From assembly GCF_000186885.1 (NCBI RefSeq), contig NC_014972.1, positions 1,560,001 to 1,592,000 on the forward strand: a DNA stretch of 32,000 bases. The letters run 5' to 3'. Shown here in pieces: positions 9,238 through 17,629 of the stretch. The position numbers and the translations under genes were made by a program. Every line of letters starts with the position of its first letter. Position 1 is the stretch's first letter. Source of the DNA: Desulfobulbus propionicus DSM 2032 (GTDB taxonomy: Bacteria; Desulfobacterota; Desulfobulbia; Desulfobulbales; Desulfobulbaceae). Under the pieces are notes generated by a model. The model searched no databases. It saw only the letters and a program-made list of their open reading frames with translations, and had not been told where the DNA came from.

Positions 9238-9824
9238 AGCGCCGCCACCTCCTCAAACTGCTCGGCCGCCTGGTGACCGCCTCGGCTGTTCTCGGGGTGC
9301 GCGAGGGCCATGCCAGCCTGTTCCGGTCGCCGGTGACCACCAACCGCCTGCGGCCGCCCGGCGCGGTGCCGGAGGAACGTTTTGCCGGCCAATGTATTCG
9401 CTGCGGCCGCTGCGTGGAAAGCTGCCCCTACCGCTGCATCACCATGCTCGATATCCGCGCCGGCATCCACGCGGGCACGCCGTTGATCGCGGTGGAACTG
9501 AAACCTTGCGCCCTGTGCATGAAGTGCGTGCTTGTCTGTCCCACCGGCAGCCTGCGCAGGGTTGCGCAAGAAGCCACCCGCATGGGCACGGCGGTGATCA
9601 ACCGGTTTACCTGCGCCGCCTGGAGCGGAGTGGCCTTGTGTCGGACCTGCTACGATGTCTGTCCGTTCAAGGAGCGGGCCATCGTTCTCAGAAAGCTGAT
9701 GCCCGAAGTGATCGAGGACGCCTGCACCGGCTGCGGCCTTTGTACCCATGCCTGCCCAATCGTCACCGACAAGGGGCTCAAGGCGGTCAACATTGAACCG
9801 TTGGCGAGAGTCCTTCCGACATGA
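9234..9824 (+). CDS. napG: NapG-like periplasmic 4x[4Fe-4S] ferredoxin
   Basis: A GTG start at 9234 overlaps the napD stop. A Tat motif (KRRHLLKLLG) is present. Four Cys clusters are seen: CIRCGRCVESCP, CALCMKCVLVCP, CRTCYDVCP and CTGCGLCTHACP. Confidence 0.85.
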   Translation: MKRRHLLKLLGRLVTASAVLGVREGHASLFRSPVTTNRLRPPGAVPEERFAGQCIRCGRCVESCPYRCITMLDIRAGIHAGTPLIAVELKPCALCMKCVLVCPTGSLRRVAQEATRMGTAVINRFTCAAWSGVALCRTCYDVCPFKERAIVLRKLMPEVIEDACTGCGLCTHACPIVTDKGLKAVNIEPLARVLPT

Positions 9825-10726
9825 ATGCCCGCCGTCAGATTCAGCCGTTGGCCATCGCCGCCCGGGTCCGTTACGACACGTGGCGCCGTCTGTTGTTGGC
9901 CGTTGCCTTTCTTCTTTTGTTGATCAACCCGGCGCTCAACTATTTTTTGGGGATCACCTTTGTCCAAGGCTGGTTCCAATCGCTGGGCATCGGCGAACTC
10001 CGCCTGATTTCGCCGCTCGAAGGGATGGAAAGCCTGCTGGTCACGAGACAGTTCTCGTTCTCGACCCTCATCGGCATGCTGATCCCCTTGTTGCTCGCCG
10101 TCTTGCTTGGCCGAGTTTTTTGTTCCTGGATCTGCCCGATCAGTTTCTTGGCCGAGACGGTGGCTGTTGTCAGGCAGCGGATCGCCCGGGAAAAAAATCT
10201 TCGCGACCGGCTGGTGCTGGCTCGGCGGGTTCTGTGGTTCACCTTGATCGCCGAGCTGCTTCTCTCCCTCGTCCTCGGCGCGCCGTTATTTGTTTTCCTC
10301 TCGCCACCCGGTCTGGTGGGAAGGGAATTGATGATGGCCGTCTACTTCCGCAATCTGGCCTGGGAAGGTGTCCTGATCATCGTTATTGTACTGCTGGAGT
10401 TGCTGACCCGTCGTTTCTCCTGCCGCTATTTCTGTCCACTGGGCGGACTGCTGGCCCTAGTCGGCATGGTCAGGCGATTGGTGATCCGGCGTCATGCCGA
10501 GAGCTGTACCGGCTGCGGCCGTTGTGATCGCGCCTGTCCCCTCGGGCTTGCGCCGAGTAGGGATGAATCGCTCTCCGCCTACTGCTGGAATTGCGGCATG
10601 TGTGTCGACAGCTGCGACCACGGCGCCTTGGCGTTTTGCTGGCGGGGAGGACCCGTCGCCACGGGGCAGGGGAGAGGGGATGCGCCCCCACCAAGCGCCA
10701 TGATCGGCGTGATTGAGAAAAAATAA
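9821..10726 (+). CDS. napH: NapH-like integral-membrane Fe-S quinol dehydrogenase subunit
   Basis: An ATGA overlap joins it to napG. It has several TM segments, two CxxCP-type motifs (CSWICPISFL and CRYFCPLGG) and two C-terminal ferredoxin motifs (CTGCGRCDRACP and CWNCGMCVDSC). Confidence 0.85.
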   Translation: MNARRQIQPLAIAARVRYDTWRRLLLAVAFLLLLINPALNYFLGITFVQGWFQSLGIGELRLISPLEGMESLLVTRQFSFSTLIGMLIPLLLAVLLGRVFCSWICPISFLAETVAVVRQRIAREKNLRDRLVLARRVLWFTLIAELLLSLVLGAPLFVFLSPPGLVGRELMMAVYFRNLAWEGVLIIVIVLLELLTRRFSCRYFCPLGGLLALVGMVRRLVIRRHAESCTGCGRCDRACPLGLAPSRDESLSAYCWNCGMCVDSCDHGALAFCWRGGPVATGQGRGDAPPPSAMIGVIEKK

Positions 10727-10862
10727 TCAATGAATCCGTTGCGAAAGACCTGGCGGCACCGGCCACTTCGCCAAGGTATTCGTTGACTATCCCCCCGTGA
10801 TTTGTCATAACATCTCCGTCGAGAGTGGTACAGCGTCTTGTTCAATAACCGAGGAGGAGAGG

Positions 10863-12023
10863 ATGAAAAAACGAAATGGTGCCCTGCGGATGCTCCGCTG
10901 CGGCTGGTTGTGCGTGTTGAGTTTGGTACTGATGACCTCGCTGGCCCAGGCGGCGGCTATCAAAATCGGTGCCATTTTGGCCGAAACCGGTCCGGCGGCC
11001 TTTTTGGGCGGCCCGGAAGTCCGATCGCTGCGCATGCTGGTCGAGGAGCTCAACGCCAAGGGAGGGATCAACGGCAAGACCATCGAGTTGATCGTCAAGG
11101 ACTCCGCCGGCAGCCCGGAGAAGGCGGTCTCCTTTGCCAAGCAGTTGATCGAGGAGGAAAAGGTGTTCGCCATCATCGGCCCCTCGACCAGTGGCGAGAG
11201 TCTCAGCATCAAGAAGATCGCCGAGGACGGCAAAACCATTCTGATTTCCTGTTCGGCGGCGGAACTGATCGTCAATCCGGTGGCGCCGCATGTGTTCAAG
11301 ACCGCGCCCAGCGACAGCTATGCGGCCCAGCAGATTTTCATGACCATGCAGAAGAAGGGGATCAAAAAGATAGCGGTCCTGGCCGGCAACGACGGGTTTG
11401 GCAAAGCGGGCAAGGAACAGTTGGCGAAGAATGCCCAGGCATTCGGTATCACCATTGTCGCCGAGGAAGTGTATGACAAGAGCGCCACTGACCTGATGGC
11501 CATTGTCGCCAAGCTGAAGGCCAATGCCGAGATCGAGGCGGTGGTTAACTGGTCGATCGTGCCGGCTCAGTCCATTCTAGCCAAGAATATCCGTCAAGCC
11601 ACATGGGATGTGCCCCTCTACCAGAGCCACGGATTTGCCAACATCAAATACGCCGAGACAGCGGGTGTGGCCGCCGAAGGCATCATCTTTCCCGCCAGCC
11701 GCCTTCTGGTTGCCGAAGCGTTGCCCGCCGGACCGCAGCGGGACTTTCTGCTGAAATACAAGAATTCCTATGAATCCAAGTTCAACGAGAAGGTATCCAC
11801 CTTTGGCGGCCATACCTACGACGCCATGACCATTCTCGCCAAGGCCATCGAGGTCGGCGGCGAGGATCGGGAAAAGGTGCGCGCCGCCATTGAAAATATC
11901 AAAGGATTGATCGGCACCGCCGGCACCTTCAATTTCTCGCCCACCGATCATGGCGGATTGGGGCTGGATGCCTTTGCCATGCTCACGGTCAAAAACGGCC
12001 AGTTCGTCCTGCTGGAACAGTAA
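10863..12023 (+). CDS. ABC-transporter substrate-binding protein, type I (Leu/Ile/Val LivK/LivJ-like); no cognate permease or ATPase genes adjacent
   Basis: A signal peptide (LCVLSLVLMTSLAQA) is followed by IKIGAILAETGPAAFLGGPE...LNAKGGINGKTIELIVKDSAGSPEKAV...AIIGPSTSGES, typical of the family. The start at 10863 follows GAGGAGGAGAGG. Confidence 0.85.
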   Translation: MKKRNGALRMLRCGWLCVLSLVLMTSLAQAAAIKIGAILAETGPAAFLGGPEVRSLRMLVEELNAKGGINGKTIELIVKDSAGSPEKAVSFAKQLIEEEKVFAIIGPSTSGESLSIKKIAEDGKTILISCSAAELIVNPVAPHVFKTAPSDSYAAQQIFMTMQKKGIKKIAVLAGNDGFGKAGKEQLAKNAQAFGITIVAEEVYDKSATDLMAIVAKLKANAEIEAVVNWSIVPAQSILAKNIRQATWDVPLYQSHGFANIKYAETAGVAAEGIIFPASRLLVAEALPAGPQRDFLLKYKNSYESKFNEKVSTFGGHTYDAMTILAKAIEVGGEDREKVRAAIENIKGLIGTAGTFNFSPTDHGGLGLDAFAMLTVKNGQFVLLEQ

Positions 12024-12067
12024 TCGGCCTTGTCAGCGGGGATGCTCTCCCGCCGGACAGTGAATGA

Positions 12068-12102
12068 GGGGAAGGGAGCCAGCTGGTTCCCTTCCCCTTT
12101 TT
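12068..12102 (+). terminator. Rho-independent terminator after the binding-protein gene
   Basis: GGGGAAGGGA pairs with TCCCTTCCCC around the loop gccagctggt, and TTTTT follows. Confidence 0.8.
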
Positions 12103-12275
12103 GCGGTGCGCTCCCCTGGACCGTTGCCAGCGGAAAAGAATGGCCTGTCCGTCTTGCCGTGAGCACGGCTTCATGGTATAGGAGGCGCAATTTCGCACCA
12201 ACCGCCTGCACAATGCTGCCGGCAAGCGCCTCTGTTCAATTCGTCCATTCTGTCTAACAAGGAGAACAACGCACC

Positions 12276-12692
12276 ATGGAACGTACATTTGCCATCATCA
12301 AGCCCAACGCCTTCCTTGCCGGCAATGCCGGGAAAATCATTGCCCGCATCTATGCCGAGGGGTTCAAGATTGTTGGCATGAAAAAGCTCTATTTGAGCAA
12401 ACGCGAGGCCGAAGGATTCTATTACGTGCACAAGGACCGGCCCTTTTTCGGCGAACTGACCGATTTCATGTCCAGCGGACCCTGCATCGTCATGGTGCTG
12501 GAGGCGGAAGGGGCGATCAAGAAATGGCGTGATCTGATGGGCGCCACCAATCCGGCCAATGCCGCCGAAGGCACCCTGCGCCGTGAATTCGGCGATTCCC
12601 TGGAAGCCAACGCCACCCATGGATCCGATGCCCCGGAAACCGCGGCCTTTGAGATCGGCTATTTCTTTTCCGGCCTGGAACTGCTGATGTGA
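12276..12692 (+). CDS. ndk: Nucleoside diphosphate kinase
   Basis: The sequence [12 protein letters not shown]...GFKIVGMK...[17 protein letters not shown]...MVLE..GAI...[15 protein letters not shown]......NATHGSD is a canonical Ndk with the catalytic His in NATHGSD. Confidence 0.95.
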   Translation: MERTFAIIKPNAFLAGNAGKIIARIYAEGFKIVGMKKLYLSKREAEGFYYVHKDRPFFGELTDFMSSGPCIVMVLEAEGAIKKWRDLMGATNPANAAEGTLRREFGDSLEANATHGSDAPETAAFEIGYFFSGLELLM

Positions 12693-12721
12693 TTGCCTCC
12701 GGGTTTTCATTTTGCCAACCA

Positions 12722-12757
12722 CAAAAAAAGGCGGCCCCGAGGGACCGCCTTTTTTTG
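12722..12757. terminator. Bidirectional terminator between convergent ndk and the Met/His-rich gene
   Basis: A GC-rich hairpin (GGCGGCCCC / GGGACCGCC) is flanked by AAAAAAA on the left and TTTTTTT on the right. Confidence 0.8.
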
Positions 12758-12792
12758 TGTCATTTCGATGAGATCACAACTTAAGAGGTGAA

Positions 12793-13410
12793 TTACTTCC
12801 CTCCTTCCAGCAACTGTCCCTGCATTTCAATCAGTTGTTCCAGCAGGCTGTTAGTCAACTCGGCTTTCTGCTGCATCATTTGCTGGCACATGGCCATGTG
12901 TCCCATGTCCATGCCGCCGTGCGGCATAGCCGAACCGGCGTGCCCCTGCTTGTCGCCATGTCCCTGACCGTGTTGCATGTTTTGCATCATGGGACACTTG
13001 CCTGATTGCATCATCGCCCCGCAACCGAGACCATTGAGCATGTTCAAGGCTTTGGTCATTGAGGTTAGGTGCGCCTGCATCAATTGTTTGCGCTCCTGCA
13101 CATCGGTAGTGGCCTTGATGGCCGTCATCTCGGTGCGCAGTGTGGCGACATGAGCCATGATCGCCTCATGTTGTTTGTGCATGGCGGCCATGTCATGACC
13201 GGCTGGCGGTTGTGCCGCTTCTCCAGCCTTGTCCGCGGCATGGCCGCTATGGTCGGCAGGTGGCGCGGGGGAAGCGGTGTTGTGTGTGCCGTGATCCATG
13301 GCCGCAGGGGGCGGCGGCACGGTCGGTTGCTCTTCCGCAAACGCCGATGAACCGCCGGCGAGAACAAGGAAAAGGGCCGCGACAACAGGAAAAAGGTGAC
13401 GACGAAACAT
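12793..13410 (-). CDS. Secreted Met/His-rich protein of unknown family (possible periplasmic Cu/soft-metal binding)
   Basis: The start at MFRRHLFPVVAALFLVLAGGSSAFA (signal peptide) has an AGGAGA RBS upstream. The mature part carries tracts such as GHDMAAMHKQHEAIMAH and MMQSGKCPMMQNMQHGQGHGDKQGHAGSAMPHGGMDMGHMAMCQQMMQQ. The function is inferred from composition only. Confidence 0.7.
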   Translation of the reverse strand: MFRRHLFPVVAALFLVLAGGSSAFAEEQPTVPPPPAAMDHGTHNTASPAPPADHSGHAADKAGEAAQPPAGHDMAAMHKQHEAIMAHVATLRTEMTAIKATTDVQERKQLMQAHLTSMTKALNMLNGLGCGAMMQSGKCPMMQNMQHGQGHGDKQGHAGSAMPHGGMDMGHMAMCQQMMQQKAELTNSLLEQLIEMQGQLLEGGK

Positions 13411-13552
13411 GGGAAATCTCCTGGATGGTTGGTGCGCATATCCTGCGCAACACAGTTGTTTGAGGTACTTACAGGATAAACCCCAATCCGGGATCGTCAA
13501 GGAGAAAAATACCACATGGTGGTTGTTGGTAAAATGTATCTTATTGTGGTAT

Positions 13553-15181
13553 TCACCTTTTTCCTTGATGATAGATTTGCTCCCGGTGAACAGCGATGGC
13601 GGCGTCGGCCAGATAGTCGTCGAAGTTGGTCATCCTGTCGATCACACCCTTGGGCCCGATTTCGATAATCCGGTTGGCCACGGTGGCCACGCATTCGTGG
13701 TCGTGGGAAGCAAACAGGATCACCTCGGGATAAGCAATCAGGCCGTTGTTGAGCGAGGTAATCGATTCCAGGTCCAGATGGTTGGTCGGCTCGTCGAGGA
13801 GCAGCACGTTGGCGCCGCTCAGCATCATCCGTGCCAGCAGGCAGCGCACCCGCTCGCCGCCGGAGAGCACGGAGGTCTTCTTGAGCACTTCGTCGCCGGA
13901 AAAAAGCATCCGGCCGAGAAAGCCGCGCGAATAGCTTTCGCCCTCGCTGGCGGGAATGAACTGGCCAAACCATTCCAGCAAATTCATGGAGCTGGTGAAA
14001 AAGGCGCTGTTCTCCTTGGGGAAATAGGACGGAGTGATGGTCTGGCCCCAGCGGAAACTGCCCGAATCAGGCTCCAGCTCCCCCATCAGAATCTGGAACA
14101 GGGTGGTCTTGGCCAAGCCGTAGGTACCGACAAAAGCGATCTTTTCCCCCTTGCCAACGGAAAAACTGAGATTGTCCAAGACCTTAACCCCGTCGATCGT
14201 CTTGCTCAAGCCATCGACTTCCAGGATGACGTTGCCGCAGGGCCGATCCGGCTTGAAGGCAATCCATGGGTATTTGCGCGAGGAAACGGGCATTTCCTCG
14301 ATGGTGATCTTATCCAGCAGTTTCTTGCGCGAGGTGGCCTGCTTGGCCTTTGAGGCGTTGGAGGAGAATCGTTGGATGAATTCCTTGAGTTCCGCCACTT
14401 TGGCGGCGGCTTTCTTGTTTTCCTGCTGCTTCTGGGCAAGAGCCAGCTGGCTGGCCTGGTACCAGAAATCGTAATTGCCCACATAGACCCGGATCTGGCC
14501 AAAATCGATATCCGCCATGTGGGTGCAGACCTGATTGAGGAAATGGCGGTCATGGGAAACGATGATCACCGTGTTGGGAAAGCGAATGAGAAACTCTTCC
14601 AGCCAGGCGATGGACTGGACGTCCAGGTTGTTGGTCGGCTCGTCCAGCAGCAGGATGTCCGGGTTGCCGAACAGGGCCTGGGCCAAGAGCACCCGCACTT
14701 TGTCGCCACCGTCCAAATCCTTCATCTTCAGGCCGGTCATTTCCTCGGGAATACCCAGGCCGCTGAGCAGCACATGGGCCTCGGATTCGGCTTCGTAACC
14801 GTTCATCTCGCCGAATTCGACCTCAAGATCGCCGCAGCGCATGCCATCCTCCTCGGACAGCTCGGGCAAGGCGTAGAGCCGCTCTCGCTCCATTTTCACC
14901 TCGTAGAGCCTGCGATGTCCCATGATCACCGTGTCCAGCACCGTGTGCTCGTCATAGGCGAACTGATCCTGCTGAAGGACGGCGATCCGTTCCTTGGGAT
15001 CGATCGATACCTCGCCCTTGTCCGCTTCCTTCTGGCCGGCGAGTATCTTGAGAAAGGTCGATTTTCCCGCGCCGTTGGCTCCGATCAGGCCATAGCAGTT
15101 GCCGTGGGTGAATTTGATGTTGACGTCTTTGAAAATGACGCGCTTGCCATAGGAAAGCGCGATGTTGGTCGCTTGCAGCAT
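13553..15181 (-). CDS. ABC-F family ATPase (two tandem NBDs, no TM domain; YbiT/Uup-like)
   Basis: NBD1 has Walker A GANGAGKST and Walker B ILLLDEPTNNLD. NBD2 has signature LSGGERVR and Walker B VLLLDEPTNHLD. No membrane domain is present. The start was taken at MLQATNIALSYG (15181), with AGGAAG upstream. Confidence 0.88.
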   Translation of the reverse strand: MLQATNIALSYGKRVIFKDVNIKFTHGNCYGLIGANGAGKSTFLKILAGQKEADKGEVSIDPKERIAVLQQDQFAYDEHTVLDTVIMGHRRLYEVKMERERLYALPELSEEDGMRCGDLEVEFGEMNGYEAESEAHVLLSGLGIPEEMTGLKMKDLDGGDKVRVLLAQALFGNPDILLLDEPTNNLDVQSIAWLEEFLIRFPNTVIIVSHDRHFLNQVCTHMADIDFGQIRVYVGNYDFWYQASQLALAQKQQENKKAAAKVAELKEFIQRFSSNASKAKQATSRKKLLDKITIEEMPVSSRKYPWIAFKPDRPCGNVILEVDGLSKTIDGVKVLDNLSFSVGKGEKIAFVGTYGLAKTTLFQILMGELEPDSGSFRWGQTITPSYFPKENSAFFTSSMNLLEWFGQFIPASEGESYSRGFLGRMLFSGDEVLKKTSVLSGGERVRCLLARMMLSGANVLLLDEPTNHLDLESITSLNNGLIAYPEVILFASHDHECVATVANRIIEIGPKGVIDRMTNFDDYLADAAIAVHREQIYHQGKR

Positions 15182-15523
15182 AAAAGGACTTCCTGTGAAA
15201 AAAAAGAGTGCCACGGTATTCATCGTGACAGGGACGGGATATTCCGGGGAACACCGCACGCTTTTGCGCGGCGTTGTTGAAAGAGCGGCGAACCTACCCT
15301 GAAATGGCTAAAAAATGAAGCAAAAAAAGAGAAATCCGTTTTTTTGCCCATTCCCGCGCCGGAGCTGGCCGCCGCCACTGAACGGGCAAGTGGTGCAGGC
15401 AGCCCGCAAACGGCAGGTCAAGCACAAGCGGTTGGAAGGCATTGGCAGGTACCCCGGAATGTGCTAGGCTCTGCGCCGTTTCACGAGAGATCACCCCAAC
15501 AACATCATCCCGAGACCATCCCC

Positions 15524-16102
15524 ATGACCACCGCCTTGAAATACCTCACCTTTGCCCTCATGGCCTGCTGCGCCTTGGCCCCAGCCGCAAGCGGAGCGAA
15601 AAAACTGAAAACATACGGGAATCAGGAATTCGGCTTCAGCTGCAACTATCCGGCTTCCTGGGCGATTGGGCCCTCTTCCGTGCCCAATGTCCGGGTCAAG
15701 GTGGCGGCTCCGGCCAAGGGCCCGAACGCGGAATGCACGGTCATCGTCAAACGTTACCCCAACGCGGCAAACGCCCAGCAAAGCGACATCGATCAAATTT
15801 TCATCGAGCCGCCAACACCAGCGGAGCTTGAGGAAGTCTTGGGCCAGGGGGGCGGGGTCGTCAAGGTGGTCAAGGCCAGCGCGGGTAAGCTTGATGTCCG
15901 CCCGGCACATCTGGCGCGATTCCAATACCGGACAAGCGGCAATACCTACATCTCGGGTCAGGTGGTCATGACCGCCACTCCTGGCTTGACCTGGTCGGTT
16001 TCCTGCGGTGGTCAAGGACCTGATCCGGCAACGGCTGAAAAGAATTTTCAGCATTGGGAGAGCACAATCAACGACTTCCTCGCATCGTTTCGGTTCAAAT
16101 GA
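15524..16102 (+). CDS. Secreted hypothetical protein
   Basis: The start was taken at MTTALKYLTFALMACCALAPAASG (signal peptide). The coding-like composition continues to the stop at 16102. No motif was recognised. Confidence 0.6.
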   Translation: MTTALKYLTFALMACCALAPAASGAKKLKTYGNQEFGFSCNYPASWAIGPSSVPNVRVKVAAPAKGPNAECTVIVKRYPNAANAQQSDIDQIFIEPPTPAELEEVLGQGGGVVKVVKASAGKLDVRPAHLARFQYRTSGNTYISGQVVMTATPGLTWSVSCGGQGPDPATAEKNFQHWESTINDFLASFRFK

Positions 16103-16176
16103 TGCAGAGGCAGCACTCTGCCTGTGAAAGTGGCCACTTGGCTCCTCGTTATCAACAATTTCTTGTGAAAGTACGG

Positions 16177-17421
16177 CTACCGCGGAGAAAGCGGATTGAT
16201 CGGTCCGCCGGGTCGCAGGGCGGCAGGCTCGCATCCGGCGGTCTGTTTCGTCAGGAGAAGGGTGATGGCGCCCGCTGTCAATAGCAGCAGGCCGATCAGG
16301 CAGGCAACGCCTGGCCAGCCCATGTGAGTCCAGCAAAACCCGCCCGCGGTTCCGGAAACGCTCGCTCCCAGATAGTAAAAAAACAGATAGAGCGACGAGG
16401 CTTGGGCCTTGGCCGTCTTCGCCTGCCTGCCGACCCATGTCGAGGCAGCCGTGTGGGTCACGAAAAAACCGCAGGTGAACACGGCAATCCCCACGATGAC
16501 CAGGAGAAGAACGCCCGTCAGGGTCATGCTCAGACCGGCGGCCATGACGGCCAGTCCGACGCGGAGGGTTGCGCCGCGACCGATGCGGTTGACCATCTTG
16601 CCGGTCAGGGACGAGCAGCCGGCGCCAAAGAGATAGGAAAGAAAAATAAAACTCACCAGGGTCTGGGTGAGGCCGAATTCGGCTCCGGTCAACCTGAATG
16701 TTATGTAGTTGAACAAGGTGACAAAACTGCCCATGACCATGAAGGAGATAGCGTACAGGCAGCGGAGGGTCGGGTCGAGGAGCTGTTGGTACAGCGAGGT
16801 GAAGAGATAGCGTGTTTCGAAGGGGCGCCGGCGGAAATGGGTTGAGGGGGGGAGGCTGTAAGCAAAATACAGGCTCAGTCCAAGGCAAAGGATCCCGACC
16901 AGGCCCAAGGCGATCTGCCAGGAGAAGAAGTCGGTGATGGTGGCGGTGAATATGCGTCCGGACATGCCACCAATCGCATTGCCGGCAATGTACAGGCCCA
17001 TGGCGGTGCCGATGGTGGCTGGTTCGATTTCCTCGCTCAGGTAGGCCATGGCCACCGGAGGCAGACCGGCCAGCACGATTCCCTGGACGAATCGAAGCGT
17101 GACCAGCGAGACCAGGGAGTGGCTGAATGCGCTGCACAGGGCCAGCAGCGAGGTCATGACCAGGGAAAAGATCATCACCGGCCGGCGGCCGAGCGTTTCG
17201 GAAATGGTTCCGGCGATCAGCATGGCGGCCGCCAGGGTTAGGGTGGCCGCCGACAGCGGCAGGCTGGCCAGGGCAGGGGGAATGTCAAATACGCGGGCAA
17301 ATTCCGGCAAGAGCGGTTGGACATCGTACAGGGTGATGAAGGTGACGAATCCGGCGGCAAACAGGGCCAGGTTCGCCTGGCGGAAGGCAGGGCTGCCGCT
17401 TTGCATGCGGTTGTTGTTCAT
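16177..17421 (-). CDS. MFS transporter (YnfM-like)
   Basis: Twelve-TM-like hydrophobic periodicity is visible. The N-terminal region LALFAAGFVTFITLYDVQPLLPEF...LGRRPVM resembles the YnfM subfamily. The gene is divergent from a LysR gene. The start is ambiguous (17421, 17406 or 17466) with no clear SD. Confidence 0.8.
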   Translation of the reverse strand: MNNNRMQSGSPAFRQANLALFAAGFVTFITLYDVQPLLPEFARVFDIPPALASLPLSAATLTLAAAMLIAGTISETLGRRPVMIFSLVMTSLLALCSAFSHSLVSLVTLRFVQGIVLAGLPPVAMAYLSEEIEPATIGTAMGLYIAGNAIGGMSGRIFTATITDFFSWQIALGLVGILCLGLSLYFAYSLPPSTHFRRRPFETRYLFTSLYQQLLDPTLRCLYAISFMVMGSFVTLFNYITFRLTGAEFGLTQTLVSFIFLSYLFGAGCSSLTGKMVNRIGRGATLRVGLAVMAAGLSMTLTGVLLLVIVGIAVFTCGFFVTHTAASTWVGRQAKTAKAQASSLYLFFYYLGASVSGTAGGFCWTHMGWPGVACLIGLLLLTAGAITLLLTKQTAGCEPAALRPGGPINPLSPR

Positions 17422-17570
17422 TGTGGTGTTGGTCGACTGTTTTTGAATGACGGCGAGCTTGTCCATGCACGTGGCAACACCGGGATGCAAAAGGTTTCCG
17501 GAAGGAGCGGACCCGCCAATACGCTGGTGTGCATGCACCTATGATTGGGGTGACAATACCAATGAACTTT

Positions 17571-17589
17571 TTATAAATAAAATATATAA
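17571..17589. promoter_or_regulatory. Candidate LysR-type box (TTATA-N9-TATAA) in the almost pure-AT divergent promoter region
   Basis: TTATAaataaaataTATAA shows dyad symmetry within the 17545-17616 AT-rich tract between the MFS and LysR genes. It fits the loose T-N11-A LysR motif. Confidence 0.3.
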
Positions 17590-17629
17590 TTATTATTGTA
17601 TTGATAAATAAAAAGTATGGAAAAGGGCT

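Noticed and set aside
13409-15280. Plus-strand ORFs 13409-14353 (314 aa) and 14372-15280 (302 aa)
   Set aside because: They are antisense to the ABC-F ATPase, which has Walker A, Walker B and signature motifs. The antisense frames have no recognisable features.
15433-15447. Sigma-54-like sequence TGGAAGGCATTGGCA upstream of the secreted hypothetical gene
   Set aside because: The GG-to-GC spacing is one nucleotide short of the canonical -24/-12 geometry, and the -12 element reads TGGC rather than TTGC.
15491-17137. 548-aa ORF on the minus strand spanning the secreted hypothetical gene and much of the MFS gene
   Set aside because: The composition is Arg/Pro/His/Gly-rich with no motifs. It is out of frame with or antisense to two genes that have clear signal-peptide or TM features. 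This is the typical long spurious frame of GC-rich DNA.
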